NCBI GenBank assembly: GCA_035400625.1 | Contig: DAOMZT010000001.1 | Location: forward strand, 120,001-152,000 | DNA: 32,000 bases | From: an archaeon | GTDB taxonomy: Archaea; Iainarchaeota; Iainarchaeia; Iainarchaeales; CSSED10-239 | Reading direction: 5' to 3' | Shown here: piece after piece, positions 24,691 to 32,000 of the stretch | Layout of the letters: each line of letters opens with the position of its first letter | Position numbering within the stretch: position 1 is the first letter of the stretch | Made by a program: the position numbers and the translations under genes | The notes under the pieces: generated by a model | Database searches by the model: none | Seen by the model: only the letters and a program-made list of their open reading frames with translations | What the model was told of the DNA's origin: nothing

Positions 24691-25752
24691 ATGAAAATAA
24701 TATACGCAATAAATTCAGATGGATTTGGACACGTTACAAGAAGCATACCAATCATCGATCATTTGCTAAAGAAAAAACACAACATAAGTATAATTACAGA
24801 TAAAAAAGTTGCAGATTTTCTCAAAAAAAAATATCCTAAAATACCAATTACAGTTATTCCACAAATTTATTTTGAATATACCAATGATAGCGTTAAGACA
24901 TTTAAGGGCTTCTTTAAAAGTTTTAACAAACACAATTTTAGAAATCTTAAAAAAACAATACTTGTTATAAAAAATGCAAAACCAGACATAATAATATCTG
25001 ATCTTGAAAGATATTCTCTTTGGGCAGGAAAGTTTTTAGACATACCAACAATAGAAATTGACAATCACGCCACTATTTTTAGAGGGGATGTAGAATTTAA
25101 AAAGAAAGATACTGGTGATTTTCTACAAGCAAAAACAGTTTCTAAGATTGTATATCCTTTTGCAAACTATTATTTTGGGCTTTGCTTTTATAGAACAGAA
25201 ATTACAAAGAAAAATACAGAGATATTTGACCCAATCTTTTTGGATGATGTGAAAAAACATAAGCCAAAAGAGAAAGACTATATACTTGTCTATAATAGAT
25301 TCATGGACAAGACAAAGATGATCCCTGTTCTTAAAAAAATAAAAAACCAGAAATTTTTAATTTTTGGATATAATGTAGATAAAATTGATAAAAATCTAGA
25401 ATATAGAAAAACAAAACCTAACCTTTACAAAGAAATTGCAGAATGTAAGGCAGTAATAACCAATGGGGGACACACCTTAATTTCTGAAGCCATCTATTTC
25501 AAAAAACCGATATACTCTATACCAATTAAACGCCAAATTGAACAATTAATTAATGGGCATTATCTTGACCTTTTAGAATTTGGTGAATCGCACAGAAAAA
25601 TTGATGTGCAAACCCTTAGATCTTTTATTGAAAAAATACCACATTATAAAGATAAACTTAAAAAACACAAATACCAAGACAAAAAACATTTCTTAAAAAG
25701 ACTTGATGAAAAAATAAAAGATTTGATACAATTATCAAGAACCAGACAATGA
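24691..25752 (+). CDS. glycosyltransferase, MJ1255/MurG-like (GT-B fold)
   Basis: N-terminal NSDGFGHVTRSIPI and C-terminal AVITNGGHTLISEAIYFKKP motifs, typical of the TIGR00661/GT28-like family. Confidence 0.7.
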   Translation: MKIIYAINSDGFGHVTRSIPIIDHLLKKKHNISIITDKKVADFLKKKYPKIPITVIPQIYFEYTNDSVKTFKGFFKSFNKHNFRNLKKTILVIKNAKPDIIISDLERYSLWAGKFLDIPTIEIDNHATIFRGDVEFKKKDTGDFLQAKTVSKIVYPFANYYFGLCFYRTEITKKNTEIFDPIFLDDVKKHKPKEKDYILVYNRFMDKTKMIPVLKKIKNQKFLIFGYNVDKIDKNLEYRKTKPNLYKEIAECKAVITNGGHTLISEAIYFKKPIYSIPIKRQIEQLINGHYLDLLEFGESHRKIDVQTLRSFIEKIPHYKDKLKKHKYQDKKHFLKRLDEKIKDLIQLSRTRQ

Positions 25753-25850
25753 TTTTTTGCTTTTATATAGGTGTTTTTTTTGCTAAAGATTTGTTTATAA
25801 ATCTATTCTATGAATATATATTATATTAAATCTTGGACAGAGGTTAAAAA

Positions 25851-26267
25851 ATGTATACTGTTAAAGACACATTATCAGATTTTAAAAAAATAGCAAAAAT
25901 CAATTCTAATTGTGAAGAATTGCATATCACTAGGGCATTTTCCAAGAAAAATCTTATAAAGATTCTTGCAAGATGCAAGAGATTAAAGACAATAACTGTT
26001 TCTAATTCCACTAATGAAAGAATTAGTAAAGCTTTAAAGGATTTAATTAAGAAAAAGGGCATTACAATAATTTTGCGAAAAGAACAAGGAAGGCCAATTG
26101 ATATTAAGGTTGAAAAACTACAAAGGATTTTACGAGAATACAAAGATTACAGTTACAGAGACCTTGAGAAAAAGCTAGGCATTCCAAAAAGCAAGATACA
26201 CTATTTAATCAAATACTCAAAAAGAAGAAAAATAAAAGATGGAAACAAAATCATCTATCTTAAATGA
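25851..26267 (+). CDS. small protein with C-terminal helix-turn-helix, function unknown (possibly DUF1699-like)
   Basis: 138 aa. CKRLKTITVSNSTNERISKALKDLIKKKGITIILRKEQGRP followed by YSYRDLEKKLGIPKSKIHYLIK (HTH-like). The antisense ORF 25844-26143 has noncoding-like composition. Confidence 0.5.
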   Translation: MYTVKDTLSDFKKIAKINSNCEELHITRAFSKKNLIKILARCKRLKTITVSNSTNERISKALKDLIKKKGITIILRKEQGRPIDIKVEKLQRILREYKDYSYRDLEKKLGIPKSKIHYLIKYSKRRKIKDGNKIIYLK

Positions 26268-26405
26268 TTTTGTTTTTGGCTATTTCTTTATCTACAAGAA
26301 TTACACATATGTACTTGGTTCTTTCTGCTGTTAAATTGCTATATTTGAAAAAGGTATTAAAACCTATGGTAATATTATATTTATATAATATATAAGAAGA
26401 AAAAA

Positions 26406-28031
26406 ATGAGCAGAAAGAGAAACACAATAATTGCTGTAATCATTACTTTTATTATAATCTGTGTATTTGTCCTTATTTTTATGTATTCTAAAAAGCAAAA
26501 AGAAGAAGAAATGTGGAACATGGCATTAAATGCGATAAGTGATGAAGAACTTGAATATGAATTAAGTATTGAAATTCCACCAGAAAATCTGTTTAATGAT
26601 GAAACAAAAGATAATTTTGAAAAACTTATGGTTGTTGAAGACATAACAGATAACAAAGTAAAAGAAACAAACACAAAAAATAAATTAACAGGGTTAGTGG
26701 GAGCAAATAATATAAATAATATAATAAATATAAAAAGTGAAAAAAAGGAATTAAAACTAAAAAATAAAATATCTTGGGAAGATTATTACACACCAGGGCA
26801 TCGCCAAGAGTGTAGGCGTTGTGCGATAATGTCTACTGTTGCTGCATTAGAAGCGTATTTTAATAAAAAATATGAATTAGAACCAAAAATAAGTTTATCT
26901 AGACAATATTTAACATCTTATACAGATTTTTCAGGGTGTACTGGGAGATATACTTTATATTATATTAATTCAGTAACACTCAATGGAAAAAATGATAATA
27001 TAGAAACCAGAAATGAAAATTTAAAAAATAAAATTAAAAATGAGATTGATATTGCAGACCAATTTTATAAAAATTCAAAAAAATTAGAATCAAAACATCT
27101 AATGACAAGAACACAATATAGCATTGCTGCAGGAGAAGTGCCTTTTGGTATACCGAAAAATGAGCAATTGCCTTGTGTCCACTATGATGCTTGCGAAATT
27201 GTAAAAATTGACCCTGAAAATCCTGATTTTGCAGTAACAGGAATGGACTTAAGAATATTTGATGAAATTTATTTAAAACAAAAAGATTTTAAAGACAATT
27301 GGGAAGAGAGAAGAAAAACAATACTTACAAAAGAATTTTGCGCAGATAGAGGAGATAAAAAAAACAATAAATTTACCACACTTAAAAGAAATGATGATTT
27401 TGAAAAAATATTTGTGGAAAACTATTTTAAAATAGATAATTCTAAAGATAGCGCAACAACAATAAGATTAATCAAAGAAGCATTAGAAGTTTCTCCATTA
27501 GTAGTAAGAGCGCCTTTTTTTGAATCTATAAGAAAATATCAAGAAGGTGTTTGGGAACAAAAAACAGATGATAATAAAGAAAAATCTTATCATTGTTGGA
27601 TTATATCAGGATGGGGTGTTGAAGAAAATTCGGGAAGAGAATATTGGATATTAAAAAATAATTGGAGTGATAATTGGGGAGACAAAACATTTATGAGGGC
27701 TTGGATAAATGATCCGGCACTAAATATAGAAAAACAACCAATTTACGGATTTTCTGGAGAGATGGTCACAATTCCTGGAAAAGAACTTAACAAATTATTA
27801 GATGAGGTCAAAGAAGAGAAAAAATATAAAAAGGCAGAAGATTTATTTCCTAATACAATTTCGCCAACACCAGACAATATTAATGATACTGACTCAATAA
27901 TAAAAGAAGACACATCTAACAAATACCAAAATACAAGATATATCTCAGACAACAAATGCACAACAATCGTAAGTTGTATATATGATAAGTTAGCTGTGTT
28001 TTATACAGATAAACAAAATGAGTTTAGTTAA
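26406..28031 (+). CDS. membrane-anchored papain-like (C1 family) cysteine peptidase
   Basis: N-terminal TM IIAVIITFIIICVFVLIFMY. Q-E-C-R-R-C-A block (C-x2-C as in papain C22/C25). His block SYHCWIISGWG. Asn/Trp block ILKNNWSDNWGDKTFMRAW (compare KNSWG..WGE.GY.R). Confidence 0.8.
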   Translation: MSRKRNTIIAVIITFIIICVFVLIFMYSKKQKEEEMWNMALNAISDEELEYELSIEIPPENLFNDETKDNFEKLMVVEDITDNKVKETNTKNKLTGLVGANNINNIINIKSEKKELKLKNKISWEDYYTPGHRQECRRCAIMSTVAALEAYFNKKYELEPKISLSRQYLTSYTDFSGCTGRYTLYYINSVTLNGKNDNIETRNENLKNKIKNEIDIADQFYKNSKKLESKHLMTRTQYSIAAGEVPFGIPKNEQLPCVHYDACEIVKIDPENPDFAVTGMDLRIFDEIYLKQKDFKDNWEERRKTILTKEFCADRGDKKNNKFTTLKRNDDFEKIFVENYFKIDNSKDSATTIRLIKEALEVSPLVVRAPFFESIRKYQEGVWEQKTDDNKEKSYHCWIISGWGVEENSGREYWILKNNWSDNWGDKTFMRAWINDPALNIEKQPIYGFSGEMVTIPGKELNKLLDEVKEEKKYKKAEDLFPNTISPTPDNINDTDSIIKEDTSNKYQNTRYISDNKCTTIVSCIYDKLAVFYTDKQNEFS

Positions 28032-28074
28032 AAATAAATTAAAGATTTTAAAAAAATAAGAAAAAACGAAGTAT

Positions 28075-28410
28075 TTATTGTACTCCGCTCATTTTGCCTT
28101 TTTCTTCTGGTTTGTCTTTACTTTCTGCTTTGGTCTTATCATTTATCTTTTTTAAAATTACATCTTCTTGCTTTTGAATGTTTTTTATTCTTAAATCAGT
28201 TGTTTCTTTAAGGTCCTTTGTGTCCTTTAAAACATCTTCTTTGTCAGATAAGATAAAAACATTCCCAACGCCTTTATAGACCTTCTTCTCTTTTGTCTTT
28301 TCTAATTCTTTTATTGTGTTTTCTAAAACGCTCTTTTGAAATTGTAATTGTTGCTTTTGTTGTGTTAAAAACATCAATTGCTGTCTATACAAATTTACAT
28401 TATCACTCAT
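28075..28410 (-). CDS. pfdB: prefoldin subunit beta
   Basis: 111 aa coiled coil with central VYKGVGNVFILSDKEDV beta-hairpin motif. Terminal gene of the exosome superoperon. Confidence 0.8.
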   Translation of the reverse strand: MSDNVNLYRQQLMFLTQQKQQLQFQKSVLENTIKELEKTKEKKVYKGVGNVFILSDKEDVLKDTKDLKETTDLRIKNIQKQEDVILKKINDKTKAESKDKPEEKGKMSGVQ

Positions 28411-28658
28411 AAATCCACCTCATATGTTTTTTTAATCAATTCTAACAGATTAATGTAATTGTTTATTGTTGCCTTGTAAGCAGTTATGTCTTTTGCAAAG
28501 ATTGTTATCTTTAAAGTCTTTGTTTTATTATCTATTGTAATATTAGAGTCTGATCTTTTAAAGTCTTTTCTGGCCATCTCTAGATCTAAAAGCTCTTTTA
28601 GCTTATTTGGATTTTTTGTCTTGATTGTTAATTCTTCTTTAATAATAGAACCAATCAT
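28407..28658 (-). CDS. pcc1: KEOPS complex subunit Pcc1-like
   Basis: 83 aa. LKITIFAKDITAYKATINNYINLLELI matches the Pcc1/CTAG pattern (A.D..ALRA..NS.LR). 4-nt overlaps with both neighbours. Conserved superoperon position. Confidence 0.6.
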   Translation of the reverse strand: MIGSIIKEELTIKTKNPNKLKELLDLEMARKDFKRSDSNITIDNKTKTLKITIFAKDITAYKATINNYINLLELIKKTYEVDL

Positions 28659-29092
28659 TGTTTTTCCTCACATAAAATTTTAAAAGAAAATAAAATTTCA
28701 TTTTTGATTTTAAAGACAACCTCATTTTCTTTTTGTGTGGCTTTTATTTCTGAATCGCTATCTGTTTTTTCAAGAAAATAAAAAAAATTCCCTTTAGCGC
28801 TTGCGCTTGTTATCTTGTCTTTTGGTTTCTTATAAAAGATGTCTGTTAAAATAAAAGATCTGTCAGGAAAAAAACTTGTTTGCTTTCTTTTGTAAACCAT
28901 TAGCTCAAGATTTCCTTTTTTTCTTCCAACAATTAGAAGAAAATCATCACCAAGATAACTTGCCTTTTCAAAAAGCTTTCTTAACTGATGTTGTCCTCTT
29001 GGTATGTGCTTGACTTCTGGAAAAAACATTGCAAAATATTTACAAAATCTTTTCTGGAAGATATCTGCATTTCTTGAAGTTGTAATTAGCAT
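28655..29092 (-). CDS. Brix-domain (Imp4-like) ribosome biogenesis protein
   Basis: 145 aa beginning MLITTSRNA, then RGQHQLRKLFE and LLIVGRKKGNLELMVY, typical of archaeal Brix proteins. Conserved superoperon position. Confidence 0.7.
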   Translation of the reverse strand: MLITTSRNADIFQKRFCKYFAMFFPEVKHIPRGQHQLRKLFEKASYLGDDFLLIVGRKKGNLELMVYKRKQTSFFPDRSFILTDIFYKKPKDKITSASAKGNFFYFLEKTDSDSEIKATQKENEVVFKIKNEILFSFKILCEEKQ

Positions 29093-29096
29093 CTTT

Positions 29097-29225
29097 CTAG
29101 TCAGCTTTTACCTTCTTAACAATTGGCGCTCTCTTCTTGTAGAATATTCTACTAGAACAATTCTTGCATTTCTTGCTCTCTGGCATCTCGTTATAATTTT
29201 CATTACATTTACCACAATAGTACAT
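29097..29225 (-). CDS. rpoP: DNA-directed RNA polymerase subunit Rpo12 (RpoP); not in the ORF track because it is under 60 aa
   Basis: Hand translation of the minus strand gives MYYCGKCNENYNEMPESKKCKNCSSRIFYKKRAPIVKKVKAD*. This is a C-x2-C...C-x2-C zinc ribbon followed by RI.YK.R..VK.VKA, as in RpoP. It sits between L37Ae and Brix as in other archaea. Confidence 0.75.
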   Translation of the reverse strand: MYYCGKCNENYNEMPESKKCKNCSSRIFYKKRAPIVKKVKAD

Positions 29226-29234
29226 AAGTTTCAC

Positions 29235-29459
29235 CTATTTTGTCGTAGTCTTGAACTTATATGCTCCACCAGAAACCTTAGTCTTACATTTTTGACATTG
29301 ATAGATTCCTGTTGCTACTCTTTTAAGCTTGTCTTTTGTCCCACATTTTGGACAAACTTTCTTTGTTTTATCTTCTATTGCCAATAGATATTTCTTTCTA
29401 ATACCTACTCCGCCTCTAACTCCATATTTTCCTGTTTTACCTACTTTTTTTGTACTCAT
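29235..29459 (-). CDS. rpl37ae: 50S ribosomal protein L37Ae
   Basis: 74 aa. KKVGKTGKYGVRGG, then zinc ribbon CPKCG...YQCQKC. Confidence 0.9.
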   Translation of the reverse strand: MSTKKVGKTGKYGVRGGVGIRKKYLLAIEDKTKKVCPKCGTKDKLKRVATGIYQCQKCKTKVSGGAYKFKTTTK

Positions 29460-30265
29460 TGTTCCTCACATATTTTAATTTTTATATCTGAATATTTCTT
29501 ACTTGCTTCATCCATCATTGCATTTACATCTTCAATATTAAGAGTGCCATTTCCTCCGCCTTTATGATAAGCAACAACGTCGTTACCAACAACACCAATT
29601 GTAAACCTTGTGTCGCCAGCAAGTTCTTCAACTTCGGTAGCATCTGCAAAAATCTTATTTCCTGATTTCCAGAAAGTAAAGGATGCAGCTATCTTTTTTA
29701 AGTCAATATTTAATTTCTTGCCAGAATATTCATTATTGACAATGTTATTGTTTTCATCAAGCTTTGGAATCTTACAATCAAGTAAGGCAGCCATTGCTGC
29801 ATATTCTGCAGCATCAATTAGGTTACCATCAGCATTTAATGCATAACAATCAACATAAAGTATAAAAGATTTCTCGCCAGTAACAATATTAAGCTCTTTA
29901 AAGTCTATACATTCTGAAGACCTTATTACTCTGTCTACAACTCTTCCATACTCCATAGCATCAATGCTTGGTGGGCCTGTGTCAATATCAGCTGAAGCAA
30001 TCCCTGACATCTCAAGATTTAAAACAAAAGATCCCTCATCAGGAGAATCAGGATATGGGGTTCCAACAGCGAACTTAACGCCAGCAATTACCTCGGTATT
30101 GCCTAGCTTTACCCAAGCAGAACCATCTGCAGACTTCATAACATCTCTTTTAATATCTAGTGGTCTATAATCTAGTAATTGCCTGTTATCTAATCTCTTG
30201 CCTGCAACTAAAAGTTTTCTTGCCTTATCTGACTTTATTATCTTTAAAATATCTACATCACTCAT
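29456..30265 (-). CDS. rrp42: exosome complex component Rrp42 (RNase PH-like, non-catalytic)
   Basis: 269 aa RNase PH fold (GKRLDNRQLLDYRPLDI, DGSAWVKLGNTEVIAGV). 4-nt overlaps with rrp41 and rpl37ae. Confidence 0.85.
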   Translation of the reverse strand: MSDVDILKIIKSDKARKLLVAGKRLDNRQLLDYRPLDIKRDVMKSADGSAWVKLGNTEVIAGVKFAVGTPYPDSPDEGSFVLNLEMSGIASADIDTGPPSIDAMEYGRVVDRVIRSSECIDFKELNIVTGEKSFILYVDCYALNADGNLIDAAEYAAMAALLDCKIPKLDENNNIVNNEYSGKKLNIDLKKIAASFTFWKSGNKIFADATEVEELAGDTRFTIGVVGNDVVAYHKGGGNGTLNIEDVNAMMDEASKKYSDIKIKICEEQ

Positions 30266-30969
30266 TGTATACCACCTTCAACAGGATATTTGCTTACAAG
30301 TGCTTTCTTTTGAATCTCATAAACTTTTTCTGCACCTTTTAAAGCAGTTTCTAAAATCTTTGAACACTCTTTTTTATCTGCAAAACCGTCCATCTGAAGA
30401 AGAGCAAGTTCTTTTTGTGGCATTAAAAACGCACAAGCCATATCTACAGCATCTTCTGTATCTTCATCTTCTTTATTTAGATCTAGAACGATTTGTTTGT
30501 TTGCTCTTCCAGCAGCAACTGCACTTATTAAGCCTCTCATCGCAAGACCTGCGTCTGCAGCTGCAAGACTAGCTGCAGTTAAAGCAGCAACTCTAGTTCC
30601 TGCATCTGCTGAAAGAATCAAAACATTAACATCAATCATGGTGTTTGGAAATTGCTCAACCATCACAGCAGCCTCAAGAGCATGACCAGAAACTAAAGAA
30701 ATTTCTTTGTCTCTTTTTCCTGGCACTGGTGATTTTCTTTCAGGTACTGAAAATGTTGCCATCCTATATTTATAATTGATTATTGCTTTACTTGGATCTG
30801 CTAAATGTTTTGGTAAAACAGGTCTTGGGCCATTAACTGTTGCTACCACGATGTTTTTACCCCACTCTAAATAACAAGAGCCATCAGCATTTTTTGCAAT
30901 CCCTAATTCTGCTTTAATGGGACGCAACTCGTCATAAGACCTTCCATCTGGTCTTTTTGCATTACTCAT
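30262..30969 (-). CDS. rrp41: exosome complex exonuclease Rrp41 (RNase PH-like, catalytic)
   Basis: 235 aa. RPDGRSYDELRPIKAELG, DGSCYLEWGKN, ILSADAGTRVAALTAASLAAADAG. Confidence 0.9.
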   Translation of the reverse strand: MSNAKRPDGRSYDELRPIKAELGIAKNADGSCYLEWGKNIVVATVNGPRPVLPKHLADPSKAIINYKYRMATFSVPERKSPVPGKRDKEISLVSGHALEAAVMVEQFPNTMIDVNVLILSADAGTRVAALTAASLAAADAGLAMRGLISAVAAGRANKQIVLDLNKEDEDTEDAVDMACAFLMPQKELALLQMDGFADKKECSKILETALKGAEKVYEIQKKALVSKYPVEGGIQ

Positions 30970-30985
30970 ATTAAACTCTCCTCTT

Positions 30986-31594
30986 TTATTGATTATTTTT
31001 TAAATATTCTTCTATAGTATTAGTTAGATTTGATTTTTGAGAATTATTTACAATTAAAGAAATCGCATTCTCTAATAAATTTCCGTTTTTTGAAACATAC
31101 CAAATCCACCCATTTCTTCCAACCAAGATATTCGAAGATGTGTATTTCTTTAAGATATTAAGCATAGAATCATTCTTGCCAATAATTCTTGGGATCTTAA
31201 CTGAAGAAACTGCATATATAGAACCCTCTGGAAGAATGTTGATATTATCTAATTCAGAAACTTCTATACCATCAACGCCTTTAACTCTTGCAAAAAGCAT
31301 TTGCCCAATCTTTAATTCCCTTGTAACAAAAGACTTTGGAAAAAAACAATCGCTATGAGAATTGACATCAATGATATATCCATTAGCAGTGATGTTTCTT
31401 ACAACACAAACTACTGGGTCATTTTCCTTAGGAAAGTAAGGTCCATTTAATGGCACAATAGAAACAAAATCGCCTGTTTCATTTAACAATCCTAATACAG
31501 AACTATATATTTTATTTTCCTTAATAAAAACATTCTCACCGATTTTCTTTCTTTGATCTGTGATTAGTTCTCCAGGAATTACTATTTTTTTCAT
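30986..31594 (-). CDS. rrp4: exosome complex RNA-binding protein Rrp4 (S1 plus KH)
   Basis: ORF track extends to 31621. The ATG at 31594 (MKKIVIPGELI) avoids the overlap with the upstream gene. GRNGWIW KH motif and S1-like GYIIDVNS. Confidence 0.85.
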   Translation of the reverse strand: MKKIVIPGELITDQRKKIGENVFIKENKIYSSVLGLLNETGDFVSIVPLNGPYFPKENDPVVCVVRNITANGYIIDVNSHSDCFFPKSFVTRELKIGQMLFARVKGVDGIEVSELDNINILPEGSIYAVSSVKIPRIIGKNDSMLNILKKYTSSNILVGRNGWIWYVSKNGNLLENAISLIVNNSQKSNLTNTIEEYLKNNQ

Positions 31595-31607
31595 ATAATC
31601 ACACTCT

Positions 31608-32000
31608 CTATTGTTTTTCAACAGTAATTATTACTGAACCACGGGTTATGTTATTTAAATCAGTAATTAATTTTTGCTTTAAACCCATTGGCAAAGATAC
31701 CTTTGCAAACAACCCACCACTTGGCAACCATTTTTCTTCGACAATATCGTATTTGTGAAGGATAGGCAATAACTTACCTGAAAACTGAGAGGTTACTTCA
31801 ATTGATAAAATTATCTTGTCCATGGAGATTGGCAATGCTTTTTTTAAAACAAGCATAACTTGATTTAGCTCATCATCTCTTTTTCTTGAAAGATTAAACT
31901 TGAATTTTGCAGCATCTAAAGCATTGATTATTCTTTGGGGTGGAATTGGAGTCATCTCTTTAGGGTCATGAGTGTTCTTTGCTATAAAATCTATTATTTC
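31608..32000 (-). CDS. SBDS/Sdo1-family ribosome maturation protein, C-terminal part (gene runs off the right edge)
   Basis: The frame stays open to nt 32000 (EIIDFIAKNTHDPKEMTPIPPQRIINALDAAKF...). The P.T..P.P..RI..A block and its position directly upstream of rrp4 are typical of the archaeal SBDS homolog. Confidence 0.75.
   Translation of the reverse strand, partial: EIIDFIAKNTHDPKEMTPIPPQRIINALDAAKFKFNLSRKRDDELNQVMLVLKKALPISMDKIILSIEVTSQFSGKLLPILHKYDIVEEKWLPSGGLFAKVSLPMGLKQKLITDLNNITRGSVIITVEKQ

Noticed and set aside
29004-29387. 127-aa plus-strand ORF across the Brix/L37Ae junction.
   Set aside because: It is antisense to three good minus-strand genes (Brix 5' end, RpoP, L37Ae) and has a noncoding-like, Cys/Phe/Leu-rich translation.
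1-32000. Scan for CRISPR arrays, tandem repeats, rRNA genes, inteins and tRNA introns.
   Set aside because: No regularly spaced direct repeats, no rRNA-like conserved blocks and no interrupted anticodon loops were seen. All four tRNAs fold as continuous cloverleaves. The only exact longer repeat noticed is the 18-nt palindrome reported above.

Overview
AT-rich (roughly 30% GC by eye), very gene-dense archaeal chromosomal segment. All homology calls come from motifs read by eye in the supplied translations; no search was run. The archaeal assignment rests on these genes: TBP (partial), L21e, Rpo4/RpoF, Rpo12/RpoP, L37Ae, an HMf-type histone, prefoldin beta, KEOPS Pcc1, an SBDS homolog and exosome Rrp4/Rrp41/Rrp42. 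Low GC, 4-nt gene overlaps and many membrane-anchored or secreted proteins of unknown function suggest a small-genome DPANN-like archaeon (inference only). Two conserved operons frame the window: L21e-RpoF-DUF655-KsgA on the left (290-2290, +) and the exosome superoperon on the right (28075-32000, -). That superoperon runs SBDS-Rrp4-Rrp41-Rrp42-L37Ae-RpoP-Brix-Pcc1-PfdB and includes a 42-aa RpoP gene absent from the ORF track. Between them lie housekeeping genes (AMP phosphorylase, thioredoxin, UppP, MscL, MscS, CTP synthase, CMP kinase, glycosyltransferase). There are four tRNA genes, Ser-CGA, Ser-GGA, Ser-UGA and Gly-CCC, all on the minus strand. The accessory-looking genes are a DUF1016/YhcG nuclease, a signal-peptide serpin followed by a surface-anchored protein, a membrane-anchored papain-like protease, and several unknowns. 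The best candidate for an undescribed system is the co-directional cluster at 8993-12590. It contains a standalone PolB-type DEDD 3'-5' exonuclease and an 857-aa HerA/FtsK-superfamily ATPase with a roughly 360-aa internally duplicated C-terminal extension. A small protein follows 11 nt downstream and looks like a single TBP-fold repeat; its 3' end overlaps tRNA-Ser(CGA). No CRISPR array, integrase, transposase or rRNA was seen.
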